DNA of 64,000 nucleotides from an uncultured Gemmatimonadales bacterium (GCA_963823035.1 CAWGKG010000018.1:32001-96000), one strand, 5' to 3'; positions 29,860 through 42,585 are shown, numbered from the stretch's first letter. Notes: generated from the letters alone by a model not told the origin. Numbers and translations are program-made.

Positions 29860-31227
29860 TCAGCCGCCGGAAGGGCCGAGATCGTGGCGCTGCAGCCGGC
29901 GATAGAGCGCACTCCGGCTGAGGCCGAGCGCCTCCGCGGCCTTGCTCACGTTCCCCTGCGAGCGTTCCAGCGCCTTCTCGATGAGGAGACGCTCGGCCTC
30001 GTCGAGCGTCAGCTCCTCCATGAGCACCGAGCCGTCCTCCCGTCGCCGGAGGCCCAGGTCCGAAGCCTCGATGCGGCCGCCGCGCGCCATCAGCACCGAG
30101 CGCTCCACCGCGTGCTGCAGCTCGCGTACGTTGCCCGGCCAGGGGTGGCTCAGGAGCGCGTCCATCGCGGCCCGCGAGAAGTCCTCGAGGTCGCGCCCGT
30201 AGCGGCGGGCGGCGCGCGCGAGGAAGTGCTGCGCCAGGAGCGGGATGTCCTCCCTGCGCTCGCGGAGCGGCGGGATCCGGATCTCCACCGTGTTCAGCCG
30301 ATACAGGAGGTCCTCGCGAAACTCACCGCGGGACACCGCCTCCCCGAGGTTGGCGTTGGTGGCCGACAGGACGCGCACGTCCACCTTGCGCACCTTCGAC
30401 GACCCGACCCGCTGCACCTCCCCGGTCTCGAGCACCCGAAGGAGCTTCGCCTGCTGCCCGGGCTGGACGTTGGCGATCTCGTCCAGGAAGAGCGTGCCCT
30501 CGTCGGCCAGCTCGAAGCATCCGACCCGCTCGGTCTTCGCGTCCGTGAACGCACCCTTCACGTGCCCGAACAGCTCGCTCTCGAACACGCCTTCGCTGAA
30601 GCCACCGGCGTTCACGGCCACGAGGGCGTGCTTCGACCGACGCGACACGTGGTGCAGCCAGCGCGCCACCACCTCCTTCCCCGTGCCGTGCTCCCCGACG
30701 ATGAGCACGGTCGCGTCCGAAGGACCCACGCGCTCGATGTTGTCGAGCACCGGCCGCATCGCCTTCGAGCCGGCGATCAGCTCGGGCACGCCCTCGCCCT
30801 TCAGGTGCCGGTTCTCACTCTCGAGCCGTTGGCTCTTCCGCAGCGCTCGCCCCAGCTCGACGTGGGTGCGGATCATCGTGAGCAGGCGATCGTTGTCCCA
30901 CGGCTTCTCGATGTAGTCGCGGGCACCCCGGCGCATCGCCTCCACGGCCCCCTCGACGCTTCCCCACGCCGTCATGACCACCACCGGGAGCGTGCCCTCG
31001 AGCGCGCGCAGCTGGGTGAGGAGGTCGAGGCCCTCCTTCCCCGAAGTGGTGTCCCGCGTGTAGTTCAGATCCATGAGCACGAGGTCGAAGGCTCCCGCCT
31101 CGACGGCGTGCAGGATGCCCGCAGGGGAGCTGGCCGTCTGGATCTCGAAGCCCGCTCCCTTGAGAAGGAGGCGGAGGGCTTCGAGCACGTCCGGCTGGTC
31201 GTCGGCTACGAGGACACGAGGAGGCAT
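29860..31227 (-). CDS. Sigma54-dependent (NtrC-family) response regulator
   Basis: REC domain, GEHGTGKE, ESELFGH, GAFTDA, WPGNVREL, Fis-type HTH. Confidence 0.95.
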   Translation of the reverse strand: MPPRVLVADDQPDVLEALRLLLKGAGFEIQTASSPAGILHAVEAGAFDLVLMDLNYTRDTTSGKEGLDLLTQLRALEGTLPVVVMTAWGSVEGAVEAMRRGARDYIEKPWDNDRLLTMIRTHVELGRALRKSQRLESENRHLKGEGVPELIAGSKAMRPVLDNIERVGPSDATVLIVGEHGTGKEVVARWLHHVSRRSKHALVAVNAGGFSEGVFESELFGHVKGAFTDAKTERVGCFELADEGTLFLDEIANVQPGQQAKLLRVLETGEVQRVGSSKVRKVDVRVLSATNANLGEAVSRGEFREDLLYRLNTVEIRIPPLRERREDIPLLAQHFLARAARRYGRDLEDFSRAAMDALLSHPWPGNVRELQHAVERSVLMARGGRIEASDLGLRRREDGSVLMEELTLDEAERLLIEKALERSQGNVSKAAEALGLSRSALYRRLQRHDLGPSGG

Positions 31228-31296
31228 GCTGAAGATTGACGGCGAGGCGGGTGGGGCGCCACCTGGCCGCCGGCGCGCCCGCTCCGCGGCGCGCTC

Positions 31297-31962
31297 CTAC
31301 TCCTCGACGATCCAGCCGTCCCGCAGCTGGACGATCCGGTTGCCGTACTTCGCGTACTCCTCGTTGTGCGTCACCTGGATGATCGTCGTGCCCTCGCGGT
31401 TGAGCTGCGCGAGGAGCTCCATGATCATCCGGCCCTGGCTGGAGTGCAGGCTCCCGGTGGGCTCGTCCGCGAGGATCATGGACGGCTCGGCGATGATCGC
31501 ACGCGCCACGGCCACGAGCTGCTGCTGTCCGCCGGAAAGCTGGCTCGGGTAGAGGTCCTTCTTCCCGACGATCTGGAAGCGGTCGAGCGTGTCGGCCACG
31601 ATCGCCTGACGGTCCTTGCGCTTCACGTTGCGGTACGAGAGCGGGATCTCGAGGTTCTCGTACACCGTCAGGTCGTCGAGCAGGTGGTACTGCTGGAAGA
31701 CGAACCCGATGTAGCGCTTGTTCAGGTCGATGCGCGCCCTGGGCTTCATGGCGTGCACCGGCTCCCCCAGGAGGTAGAACTCCCCCCGCCAGTCCCCGTC
31801 GAGCATCCCCAGGATCGACAGCAGGGTGGACTTCCCGGCCCCGGAGGGGCCCATGATGGTGACGAACTCGCCCTTGTCGACGTCGGCGTTGATGCGGCGA
31901 AGCACGAAGGTCTCGCCCGCGCCCGTCTTGAAGGACTTCTCCACATTTCTGAGCTTGATCAT
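31297..31962 (-). CDS. ABC transporter ATP-binding protein (MacB/LolD-like)
   Basis: GPSGAGKST, LSGGQQQ, ILADEPTG. Confidence 0.93.
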   Translation of the reverse strand: MIKLRNVEKSFKTGAGETFVLRRINADVDKGEFVTIMGPSGAGKSTLLSILGMLDGDWRGEFYLLGEPVHAMKPRARIDLNKRYIGFVFQQYHLLDDLTVYENLEIPLSYRNVKRKDRQAIVADTLDRFQIVGKKDLYPSQLSGGQQQLVAVARAIIAEPSMILADEPTGSLHSSQGRMIMELLAQLNREGTTIIQVTHNEEYAKYGNRIVQLRDGWIVEE

Positions 31963-32174
31963 GCTCCCTGTCCGCTCCTGGGCAGCGCCCACCCCCCACG
32001 TGCCGAGGACGCCCGCCGGCATCCCCCCTCACCCATTGGACGGCCGCCGGGCGGCCTGGGTTTCCGTGATGCTCGACAAGCTACCACGAAACCGCCGCGA
32101 TGCCAGGCATCCGACCGGCCCGGGACCCCGCCGGATCCTGAAAGGTCGAGGCTCCCCCGCCCGTATATGCCACC

Positions 32175-35100
32175 ATGAGACGCCACCCGCCGACCTCGGC
32201 TCCCGGCCTCGGCCGGAGGAGGGGCGTCCATGCCCGCACGCTCGCCGCGGCCTTCCTGCTTGGACCGACCCCGCTCCTTCTCGCCCCCGCCCCGCTCTCC
32301 GCGCAGGGCCTCGTCGTGCAGGTCCGCGACATCGCCAAGGGAATCGCCGACGCGGGCGTCACCATCCTCTACCAGGGCAGCGCCCTCGATCGCGCGGTCA
32401 CGGACGCCAACGGCGTCGCGCGCGTGGGCCTCCCGGCGGGGACCTACGCCCTGCGCATCGAGGCCATCGGCTACAGCACGAAGACCGTCGAGGACGTGCG
32501 GGTGACCACCGGGGAGGTGAAGGCCGTCGACGTCCTCATGGAGCCTGCGCCCGTCGCGCTCGAAGGCCTCACGGTCGAGACCGGGCGCATCCAGATCCAG
32601 CGGCAGAACACCGAGTTCTCGACGCAGGTCGCGGAGCGCACGATCCAGCTCCTCCCCGTCACGCACAGCGCCGTGGACCTCGTCGCGCTCACGCCCGGGG
32701 CACGCCCCGGCAACGTCTGGGGCGGCGCGAACTTCCAGGCCAACAACTACCGCATCGACGGCGTCGCGGCGAACAACCCCGGGATGGGCGGCAGCCTCCT
32801 GCGAGCCCAACGTGAACTGGATCGAGCGGGTCGACGTGCGCGGCCTCGGCGCCGGCGCCGAGTTCGGCGGCTTCCAGGGGGGCCTGATCGACGTGGTCAC
32901 GAAGAGCGGGAGCAACCTCCTCCAGGGCTCCTTCCGCTCGACCTACCAGAACGACCTGCTGGCGAGCACCAACCTCGTCGACACCGAGATCGGCCGCGAG
33001 ATCGCACAACGCGTGGACGTGGAGGCCGAGGTGCGCGGTCCCATCCGGCGCGACGAGCTCTTCTACTTCCTCTCCGCCAAGCGCGTGCAGCAGAACAGCC
33101 AGGCGCTCAATCACCTCGCCGCCCTGGACACGAAGCGCCTGCCCTTCCAGGAGCGCAGCGCGGAGAGCAAGCTCTTCGGGAAGCTCACGTGGAGCCCGGG
33201 GCCGAAGCACCTCCTCGAGCTCTCGGGCGCGTTCACGGACACGCAGGCCGACAACTACGGGATGACAGGGTACGAGGCGGCGGGCGCGACGCACCGCTAC
33301 ACCGCGCCGACCACGCTCCTGAACGCGTCGCTCACCGAGGCGCTCGGCGACTGGGGCACCTTCGAGCTCAGGGCCAACCACTTCTCGCTGGACGAGCGTT
33401 ACGAACCCTACCAGGGGCAGGACGTCCCCGGACTCCGCACCTTCGCGCTCACCCCGCCCTACACGGCCTTCGGCAACGCCCCCTTCACGCTGCGCAGCGC
33501 CCCGACGAGCACGTCGGCCAACGCGCAGCTCAGCTTCCACGTCCCGACCGGGCCGCTCACGCACACGATCAAGATCGGCGGCGAGGTCACGCGCGGCTCC
33601 TTCCTGAACCGCCGCATCCGCAACGGCGGCATGACCTGGCTGCCGGCCAACACGTCGTCGTTCGACGCGGCCGACCCCGACACGTGGCACACGGTGAGCT
33701 CGCAGTGGGTGGCGAGCCAGTGGGGCGGCGAGGTCCACCTGGACGCCGACGTCGCCAACGAGGCGGCCTACGTCCAGACGGCGCTCGACCTCGGCTCGAG
33801 GGTGGCGATCACGCCTGGGGTCCGCTGGAGCCGCTGGACCGGGTGGCTCACGCCCACCTCGGGGGCGCGCTTCCAGGCCGTGCAGGCCACCGGGTGGGAC
33901 CCGCGCATCGGGGTCTCCATCGACCTGACGGGCGACGGCACGCTGGTCGCGAAGGGGCACTGGGGCCGCTACCACCAGAGCCTCATCTCGCAGATGTTCG
34001 ACCGCGTCGGCGGCTCGGACGTCTTCACGAACGAGGAGTTCTGGTACTACACGCGGGGAGACCTGGCCGACCCGACCACGACCTTCACGCAGGCCGAGCG
34101 CGACGCCCTCGTCGGCTCCAACGTCTTCCGCAAGACCGGCGAGGAGATCCTCAACGAGACCGGGCCGCTCCAGGACTACCGTCAGCCCTATATCGACCAG
34201 TGGCTGGTGGCTCTCGAGAAGCAGGTGGGCGACTGGCTCAAGTTCGAGGCGCTGTACACGCGCCGCGCCAACAAGGACATGGTCGCGCTCGTCGACCTGA
34301 ATCGGGCCACGAACTACACGGTGTTCGAGGACGTGCGCGTCTTCGACGGCGGCGGGAGCCCCGTCCCCTACGAGGGCGGAAGCGTCTTCCTGCACGAGGT
34401 GTGGGTCCCCAACTACACGCTCGTCGAGCGGCATCCGCTGCAAGGCGCGCGGCGACTGCCCGGACGCCCTCCCCGTGCCCGGCTACACCGCTGCCGACAC
34501 GCTGGGCATGACCTGGAACCCGGACTACGTCCTCACCACGGCGCCGGGGGCGAAGCGCACGTTCGGGCAGCTCCAGCTCAGCATGGAGATCTCCGAAGCC
34601 GCTCTGGGGGATGTCGCTCTCCTTCGTGCGACACGGACCTGAAGGGCAACCTCGACAACGTCAGCGGCTACACCGACCCCGAGAGCTACGACGCAGGACC
34701 GTACGTGCGCGTCAACGAGGCCGTGAACGCCTACGGCACGCTCGAGAATTTCGCGGACCGCGAGTGGAAGATGTCGATCTGGGGCATCCTCCCCTGGAAC
34801 GTGCGCGGCGGCGCCTTCTTCACGCACCAGTCCGGCGACCACTACTCGCCGCAGTTCCAGCTCGCCGGCCTCGGCTTCTTCCACTTCCGCGTCGGCACGG
34901 GCGCGCTGAAGCTGAATGGCCTGCCGGAGCACACCGGGCAGGAGCTCGACTACGCGCTGATGTATCCCCTGCAGGGCCACGAGGTGTTCGTCGGCCCGCG
35001 CGGGCTCCCGAAGCTCACCAGCCGCTCGAACCTGGACGTGCGCGTCGAGCGCATGTTCGACTACGGGGGGCGTGAGCTGTCGGTCTCCGTCGACATCTTC

Positions 35101-35283
35101 AACCTCTTCCGGAACCGCTCCATCACGAAGCTCAACACCGAGGTCAACAACGGCCCCGACTACGGCTTCCGGAACACCCAGTCGCTCTTCAGCACGGGCA
35201 TCGCGCCCAACCAGTACTTCCGGGCCCCGCAGGAGCGCGTGGCACCCCGGGCGCTCCGCCTGGGCGTCTCCTGGTACTTCTGA
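32175..35283 (+). CDS. TonB-dependent receptor with N-terminal carboxypeptidase-regulatory-like domain (frameshifts near 32805, 34430 and 34600-34630)
   Basis: Signal peptide; TDANG..GTY; plug motif GAEFG..GG..VVTKSG; PRIG; C-terminal LRLGVSWYF. Confidence 0.85.
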
Positions 35284-35292
35284 CGAACGGTC

Positions 35293-35362
35293 CCTCTGCG
35301 TCCTCTGCGTCCTCCGTGGTTGGCACTGCTTTTCACCACGGAGGACGCGGAGGACGCAGAGG
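35293..35362. repeat. REP-like palindrome, copy 3
   Basis: 28-bp stem with one T-G pair; loop TGGCACTGCTTTTC. Confidence 0.88.
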
Positions 35363-35388
35363 ATGGGGCCGTGTAGGGGTTACCCGCC

Positions 35389-37836
35389 CTACTCGCCGCG
35401 CAACGCCTCGGACGGCTCCACGGCGGCCGCGCGCCGCGCCGGCACGAGGGACGCGAGCAGGACGATGCCCAGGAGCGCGACGGCCACGCCTGCCAGCGCC
35501 ACCGGGTCGACCGGGCTCAGCCCAAGGAGCATGAAGCGCATCGCCCGCCCGACGGCCAGGGCGGCGAGCGCGCCCACCACGAGGCCCGGGAGCGCGAGGC
35601 CCAGTCCACCGCGCAGGATCAGCCCCAGCACGCGTCGGCGGCCCGCGCCCAGCGCCATGCGCACGCCGATCTCGCGGGTGCGCTGCTGCACGGCGACGGC
35701 CACCACGCCGTAGATGCCGACGCCGGAGAGGAGCAGCGCGAGCAGCCCGAGCGCCGACGTGATCGACGCGGCCACGCGCTGCGGCAGGATGCCGATCCCC
35801 GTGTAGCGCTCGAGCGAGATGACCGGCGTAAGCGACAGGCTCCCGTCCAGCTCCAGCACGGCCTTGCGCAGCATGGGCGCCACGGCGCCGATCCCCCCGG
35901 GCGCACGCACCACCACGTTCACGGCCGGACGGTAGCTCTGCCACGACGGCACGTACACGAAGGGCTTCCCCTGTTCGGTGAGCATCTGGTTCTTCACGTC
36001 CTCCACGACGCCCACGATCGTGCGCAACGGCTCGTCGGCGTTGGAGGTGCCGAAACGCATCCGACGACCGATCACGTCCTCTCCGGGCCACACGCGATCC
36101 GCGAACGTCCGGCTGACGATGGCCACCGGCTCGGAGCCCTCGACGTCCTCCGCACCGAAGACGCGCCCCCGCAGGACGGGGATGCGCAACGTGCTGAAGT
36201 AGCCCGGTGAGACGAAGTTGAAATCCACGCCCAGGCCCGCCTCACCCCCCGCGTCGGTCCATCCCTCCGGGAAGGCCGCCGTCCCGTGGGAGCCGAGGTC
36301 GAGCGGGAGGTCGATCGAAAGCGCCGCGCCCTGCACGCCGGGTTGCTCCCGCAGCCTCTCCACGAGCTGTCGCTCGAAGACCATTCCGTCCTCGGCCTCG
36401 TACCCCTCCAGCGACAGGTCGACCATCGTCAGGTAGGCGTCCGTCGGGTCGAAGCCAGACTCGACGTCGGAGGCACGCTGGAGCGAGCGCAGGAGGAGGC
36501 CGGCAGCCACCAGCAGCACCAGGGAGAAGCCCACCTGCCCCGCCACGAACACCCGTCGCATCCGCCCCGCCCCGGCGTGCCCGCTCCCGTCGTCCTTGAG
36601 GGAGCCGACGAGCGAAAGGCGCGTGGCCTGGAGGGCGGGCAGGAGCCCGAAGATCAGGCCGGTGGCGACGGTGATGCCGAGAGCGAAGACGAGCACCCGT
36701 ACATCGGGGGAGAGGTCGACGTGCACCGGCACGGGCAGCGGCAACCGATCGATGGGTACGGCCGAGAGAAGCCCCACGCCCAACGCGGTGCCGGCCACTC
36801 CCCCGATCAGGAAGATCGCGAGCGCCTCGGTCAGGAGCTGGCGCACCAGGCGGCGCCGACCCGCGCCGAGCGCGAGGCGCACGGCGATCTCCTTCTCGCG
36901 CGCGTTGGCCCGCGCCACGAACATCCCGGCGACGTTGGCACAGGTCACGAGGAGGATGAGCCCGACCATCGCCATCAGGATCCCCATGAACGCCTTCACG
37001 GGTCCGCGTCCGGCGCCGGGGACCAGGCCGAGCGGAAGAACGGAGCCGCTGCGGCGCGCGTTCGTCTCTGGGTACGCCTCGGCCAGGCGGGCGTAGACGG
37101 CCTTCACCTGCTGATCCGCCTCCTCCAGCGTGGCGCCGGGCGCGAGGCGCGCCACCGCCAGATGCCAGCTCGAGCCCCGGTTGTCCAGGTCCTCGCCACG
37201 CCCCTCGTTCAAGACGGGGATCGCCTGGAACGGGACGTATACGTCGGGCTGAAAGCCGATGGTGTGGCCGTGGAAGCCCTCGGGCGCGATGCCGACGACG
37301 GTGAAGGCGACCCGGTTGATGCGAACGGTCGAGCCCAGCACGCCGGGATCACCCCCGAGGCGGTCCGCCCAGAAGGCGTGGCTCAGGACGGCCACGGTTG
37401 GGCGGCTACCGGGGACGTTCTCGTCTTGGGTGAAGAAGCGTCCCAGCTCGGGCACGACGCCCATCACGTCGAAGTAGGCCGGCTCCACGTCCATCCCCGT
37501 GATGCGCTCCCCCTCCCCGCCGCGGCTCAGGCTCCACACCTCGTAGGTGTAGGCCGCCATCGCCTGGAAGGCGGACACGCCTTCGCGCAGATCCTGGTAG
37601 TCCGGATAGGCGAACGTGTCGAAGCCCCGTCCCTGGGAGGTCCGCCCGATCTCCACCACGCGGTCCGGCTGGCGAACGCCCGCGACGGGTCGCAGGAGCA
37701 CCGCGGACACGGCGTTGAAGATCGCGGTGTTGGCGCCGACCCCGATGGCCAGGGAAAGCGCGGCGACCAGGGCGAAGAGGGGGCGGCGGCGGATCTGACG
37801 GAGGGCGTTGCGGAGGTCGGTAGCGAAAGCGTCCAA
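35389..37836 (-). CDS. Duplicated MacB/FtsX-type ABC permease (ADOP-like)
   Basis: LAIGVGANTAIF, LLVTCANVA, REKEIAVRLALGA, RTREIGVRMALGA, ALRGE end. Confidence 0.92.
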   Translation of the reverse strand: MDAFATDLRNALRQIRRRPLFALVAALSLAIGVGANTAIFNAVSAVLLRPVAGVRQPDRVVEIGRTSQGRGFDTFAYPDYQDLREGVSAFQAMAAYTYEVWSLSRGGEGERITGMDVEPAYFDVMGVVPELGRFFTQDENVPGSRPTVAVLSHAFWADRLGGDPGVLGSTVRINRVAFTVVGIAPEGFHGHTIGFQPDVYVPFQAIPVLNEGRGEDLDNRGSSWHLAVARLAPGATLEEADQQVKAVYARLAEAYPETNARRSGSVLPLGLVPGAGRGPVKAFMGILMAMVGLILLVTCANVAGMFVARANAREKEIAVRLALGAGRRRLVRQLLTEALAIFLIGGVAGTALGVGLLSAVPIDRLPLPVPVHVDLSPDVRVLVFALGITVATGLIFGLLPALQATRLSLVGSLKDDGSGHAGAGRMRRVFVAGQVGFSLVLLVAAGLLLRSLQRASDVESGFDPTDAYLTMVDLSLEGYEAEDGMVFERQLVERLREQPGVQGAALSIDLPLDLGSHGTAAFPEGWTDAGGEAGLGVDFNFVSPGYFSTLRIPVLRGRVFGAEDVEGSEPVAIVSRTFADRVWPGEDVIGRRMRFGTSNADEPLRTIVGVVEDVKNQMLTEQGKPFVYVPSWQSYRPAVNVVVRAPGGIGAVAPMLRKAVLELDGSLSLTPVISLERYTGIGILPQRVAASITSALGLLALLLSGVGIYGVVAVAVQQRTREIGVRMALGAGRRRVLGLILRGGLGLALPGLVVGALAALAVGRAMRFMLLGLSPVDPVALAGVAVALLGIVLLASLVPARRAAAVEPSEALRGE

Positions 37837-37930
37837 AGGGCTCTCCGGCGGAAGCAGGGTCGCGGGGCGGACGGGAGCCCCTACGGCGGCCGGAACGCGC
37901 ACGGTTTCGGCGCGGGACGGTGCCGGTCGG

Positions 37931-40349
37931 CTATTCGGGGCGGAGGGCCCGCATCGGATCTGCGCGACCCGCCCTCCTCGCCGGTGACCACGCGGCGAGG
38001 ACGGCGACGCACGCCATGAGCGCCGCTGTGGCCGCCAGCGTCGGCACGTCCGTGGCCTCGACCCCGAACAGGAACCCCGACAGCAGGTGGCCCATCGCGA
38101 GCGTGCCCGCCACGCCGATCCCCACGCCCGCCGCAGCCAGGACGAGGGCGCCACGCACCACCGTCCGCAGGACGTCGGCCGCGTCCGCGCCGAGGGCCAG
38201 GCGCACGGCGACCTCCCGTGTCCGCCATGCGACCCCGTGCCAGGTGACGCCGTAAACCCCCACGGCGGCGAGCGCGAGCGCCAGGGCCGCGAAGACCGAG
38301 AGCAGAGCGGCGACGAAGCGGTCCGGCGCGAGCGCGTCGTCCACGCGAACGCGCAGCGGGCGGACGCCGGCCGGCGCGAGCGCCGGGTCGAGGCCGGACA
38401 CCGCTTCCCTGAGGTCCTCGGCGAACGCGAGCGGGTCGCCCGCGACCCGGACGACCAGCGACATCCTGCCGGGCGCCATCTGGCGGTACGGGACGTAGAC
38501 GGCCGGGTGGGGCGGCTCACGGAGCCCGAAGTGGCGGGCGTCGCGGGCCACCCCCACGATCGTCCGCCACCCCGATCCCGCATCGTCCGACCACGCGATC
38601 CGGCGCCCCTCGGCCCCACCGTCGGGGAAGAGGGCGCGCGCGAGCGTCTCGTTGACCACCACGACACGCTCGGTGGACGCGCGATCGGCCGCCTCGAACC
38701 CACGTCCCTCATGGAGCGTGAGCCCCACGGCCTCGAAATAGCCCTCCGTGACCGGCCGGATCCCGGCCTCCAGGTGGGCGGCCTTCTCGGGCGGAGGCGC
38801 ACCCTCGACGCGCAGCTCCGCCTCCCGGTCGTCCGGCGCGAGCGGGAGGACGCTCGTGGCGCCCACGGCGGACACGCCGGGGAAGTCCCGCAGCCGGTTG
38901 ACCAGGGCCTGGACGTAGGCCTGGCGGTCCGCTTCCTCCGGATACCGCGCCTCCGGAAGGGCGAGATCCGCCGCGAGCACGGGCTCAGGCGAGAAGCCGA
39001 GGTCGACCGAGTCGAGCGCGAGGAAGGACCGGATGAGGAGTCCGGCACCACCCACGAGGACGAGGGCGAGCGCGAGCTGCGCGACCGCCAGCACCGCCCA
39101 TGTGTCGACGCGTGCCCCGGTGCGGTTCGGGAGCGCGCGAGAAGGGGGTGATCCACCCCGGCCCAGGCGCAGCGCGGGAAGCAGGCCGAAGAGCAACCCC
39201 GTCGCCATCGTGACCGCGATCGTGAAGGCGAGCACGCGCCCGCTCGTCCCGACGCCCTGCAGCTCCGCGACCGCCTCGGGCGGCGCGAGCGCGAGGACCC
39301 CGTCCGTTCCCCACGCGGCCAGCCCGAGACCCGCCACCCCGCCCAGCACAGCGAGCACGAGGCTCTCCGTGAGGAGGAGGCCGACGATCCGCCCCCGCTC
39401 CGCACCGAGGGCCACGCGCACGGCCAGCTCTTCCCGCCGGGCGAGCCCCCGTGCGAGGAGGAGATTGGCCACGTTCGTGCAGGCGATCAGGAGGACGAAG
39501 CCCACCGCACCCAGGAGGATCCAGAGGGGCCGGGCCGACCTCCGTACGAGGTCGCCCTCGCAGCCCGGAGATCCTGAGACCGGCGTGGCGGTCCGTGTCC
39601 GGATAGGCTTCGGCCAGCCGGGCCGCCAGGGCGGCGCCGTGGGCGCGGGCCTGCGCGAGCGTCACCCCCTGTGCCAGGCGCGCGAGAACGCCCATTCCGG
39701 CGCACCCGGGCCCGCAGGGCGCCGGGGGCGACCCGCCGAGCGCCCGCCACAGCTCCGCGTCGGGCGCGAAGGGCGGACGGAAGCCCTCCGGCATCACGCC
39801 GATCACCGTGTACGGCATCTCGGAGAGCGAGACGCTGCGCCCGACCACGTCCGGGTCGGCGGCGAAACGCGTGCGCCAGGTGCGGTGGCTCAGGAGCACG
39901 ACCGGCGGCGCACCCTCCACGTCGTCCGCCGGGAGGAAATCCCGGCCCAGATCGGGCCGCACGCGCAGGATGCGACCGAACATCTCGTGGCTCGTCCGTG
40001 CCGCGTCGAGGACGACAGGCTCCCCCGTCCCCGTGAGCGTCGGCCCCCACGGGGCCCACGCGGCCGTGGCCTCGAACAGCCCCGGCTCCTCCCGGAGGTC
40101 CCGGACGGCGCGGAGGCTCAACCAGGCCCGTGGTGCCCCGCCCCCCTCCGTCTCGTCGCGCCACACCGTGACGAGGCGCTCGGGATCCGGATACGGCAGG
40201 CGCCGAAGCAGCACGGCGTCGACCACGCTGAAGACCGCGGTGTTCGCTCCGATCCCGATCCCGAGCGTCACGACCACGAGCGCCGTGAAGCGTGGCGCGC
40301 GCCACAGCGTCCGCAGCGCGTACCGAAGGTCTCGAATCAGGGTCCCCAT
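37931..40349 (-). CDS. Duplicated MacB/FtsX-type ABC permease (ADOP-like; frameshift near 39560)
   Basis: DLRYALR, GIGANTAVFS, LLIACTNVANLLL, RTREVAVRLALGA. Confidence 0.88.
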
Positions 40350-40526
40350 GTCCCCATCCCGTCTCGTCCCTACCGACCTCGTCCTTTCCCCTGCCGGAGG
40401 AAGGCAAAGGAGCGGCCGCCTCTCGACGACCGCTCCTTCCGAGGGCGGACTCACATCATCAGCGTCCACACCCCACCCGCCCCTCGATCCCGAATTCACA
40501 TCACGACCACCCCGGATCGTCCTGCA

Positions 40527-41258
40527 CTAGTGCATGTCGAAGCCGGCCTGTTCCATCTCCTGCGCCTTGCGGGCGTCGTCCTCGCTGACGATCTGGCCGT
40601 CGAAGAGGTGGATCGAACGATCCGCCACGTGGGCGTAGCGAGGATCGTGCGTCACCATGCAGATCGTCGCGCCCTCGTTGTGCAGCTCCTTCATCAGGTC
40701 CATCACCGCGTTGCCGTTCTTCGAGTCCAGGTTACCCGTCGGCTCATCCGCCAGGAGGATCAGCGGCTTGCCCACGATCGCCCGCGCCACCGCCACCCGC
40801 TGCTGCTGACCCCCCGACAGCTGGCTCGGATAGTGCCCCATCCGGTGCGCCATCCCCACCCGCTCCAGCGCCGCCTGCACCCGCTCCTTCCGCTCGCTCC
40901 CCGGCATCCCCCGGTACGTCAGCGGCAGCTCCACGTTCTCGTACACCGTCAGGTCGCCGATCAGGTTGAACGCCTGGAAGATGAACCCGATCGCCTGGTT
41001 GCGGATCTTCGCCCGCTGGCTCGCGCTCAGGTTCTCCACCGGCTCGTCGTCGAGGAGGTACTTCCCCGCGGTCGGTGAATCCAGCAGACCCAGGATCGAC
41101 AGCAGCGTCGTCTTCCCGCACCCCGACGGACCCGCGATCGAGACGAACTCGCCCGTCCTGATCTCCATCGTGATGTTCGACAAGGCGTGGGTCTCCACCT
41201 CCTCGGTGTAGAAGACCTTGCTCAGGCCCTCCAGCTTGATCAGCGCCTCTGCTGCCAT
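40527..41258 (-). CDS. ABC transporter ATP-binding protein
   Basis: GPSGCGKTT, LSGGQQQR, LADEPTGNLD, VTHD. Confidence 0.95.
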   Translation of the reverse strand: MAAEALIKLEGLSKVFYTEEVETHALSNITMEIRTGEFVSIAGPSGCGKTTLLSILGLLDSPTAGKYLLDDEPVENLSASQRAKIRNQAIGFIFQAFNLIGDLTVYENVELPLTYRGMPGSERKERVQAALERVGMAHRMGHYPSQLSGGQQQRVAVARAIVGKPLILLADEPTGNLDSKNGNAVMDLMKELHNEGATICMVTHDPRYAHVADRSIHLFDGQIVSEDDARKAQEMEQAGFDMH

Positions 41259-41298
41259 GTGCCACCCTCTCCCCGTTGGAGTGCCAGGATTCCGTCGT

Positions 41299-42565
41299 TC
41301 AGTTCTTGATCTTCACGCGGTCGAAGCCGTCCCACTGGGACATGTCCGACAGGATCACCACGTCGCCGGGCTTGAGCCCGTCCTTCACCTCGATCTCGTT
41401 CACCGAGCTCGCCCCCAGGTGCACCGTCACGCGGTCCGCGTAGGACCCGTCGGGCGTGAGCTTGAAGATGCTCACGTTCGCGTTGGCCTGACCGAACGTG
41501 GGGCGTCCGACGTACACCACGTCGTCGAGCCGCTCGATGATGACGTTGCCGTCCACGCTCAGGTCGGGGCGCGCGGACGGCGGCAGGTCCGGAGGAAGCG
41601 CGACGTCGATCGTCACGGTCCCGTTGCGCACGGCCGGATCGATGCGCACGACCTGCCCCACTGATCGTGTCGGTGCGCGTGTCGATGTTCGCCTGCTGCC
41701 CGACGACGATGTCCTGCGCCTGCGTCTGCGGGATGCGGATCTCGGCCTTGAGCCGGCCCGGCACCACTACGCGGGTCAGGTTCTGGCCCGACTGCACCCA
41801 CTGGCCCTCCTGCAGGGGGATGTCCAGCGGCGCGAGCACACCCGCGACCGGAACGTCCACCTGCATCGACTGCAGGCGATCCTGGTTGAACACCACCAGC
41901 TCCCTCAGGCGGCGGATCTGCTCGTTCTGCGCCTCGATCTGGACCCCGGAGGTGTTCTCCATGACCTCGAGGCGCTCCTCCTCGATCTTGAGCCGCTCCT
42001 GCAGCTCCTCCATCGACTCCTTGGAGCGCTCCAGATCGGCGCGCGCCACCAGGTCGGGGTTCTCGTCGAAGAGCTTCTGGTTCGTCTCGTAGACCCGCTT
42101 GGCGTCCAGGAACTGCGTGCGCACCGTCGCGACCGTGCCCCGCTGCGTCAGCTCCTGCGTCTGCAGGTTCGTGCCGAGCTGCGCGAGCGCCGCCTGGGCC
42201 TGGCTGAGCTGCTGCTGCGCCGTAAGGAGCTGCATGTCCACGTCGGGATTGCTCATGCGCATGATGATGTCACCGGCGTTCACGTTCGTGCCGGGAAGCG
42301 AGATGATCTGCTCGATCCGGCCGGCCGTGACGGCGGTGATCCAGCGCATCTGCTCGGGCACGAGCGTGCCCGGGCCCCGCACCTGACGGACCATCGTCCC
42401 CTGCTCGACCGTGTCACGCCACACCACGGCGCCGTCCACGCTGGGCGCCGCGGACGGAAGCTGCTGGATCGCCACCGTGAGGATGGCCACACCGCCCAGG
42501 ACCACGGCGGTCCAGATGATCCGCTTCTTCTTCTTCTGCGGCTTGGTATCGCGAATGATGTCCAC
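41299..42565 (-). CDS. Periplasmic adaptor (MacA/HlyD-like; frameshift near 41660)
   Basis: N-terminal TM; VRGPGTLVP; coiled coil; RPDLSVDG; GLKPGDVVILSD. Confidence 0.88.
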
Positions 42566-42585
42566 GTATACGGGTCCTCTATGCG

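Noticed and set aside
35389..39405. 1338-aa ORF, and other apparent fusions such as 60526-62739 (TetR-TolC) and 51553-54147
   Set aside because: Artefacts of open upstream frames or frameshifts; each downstream gene has its own plausible start.
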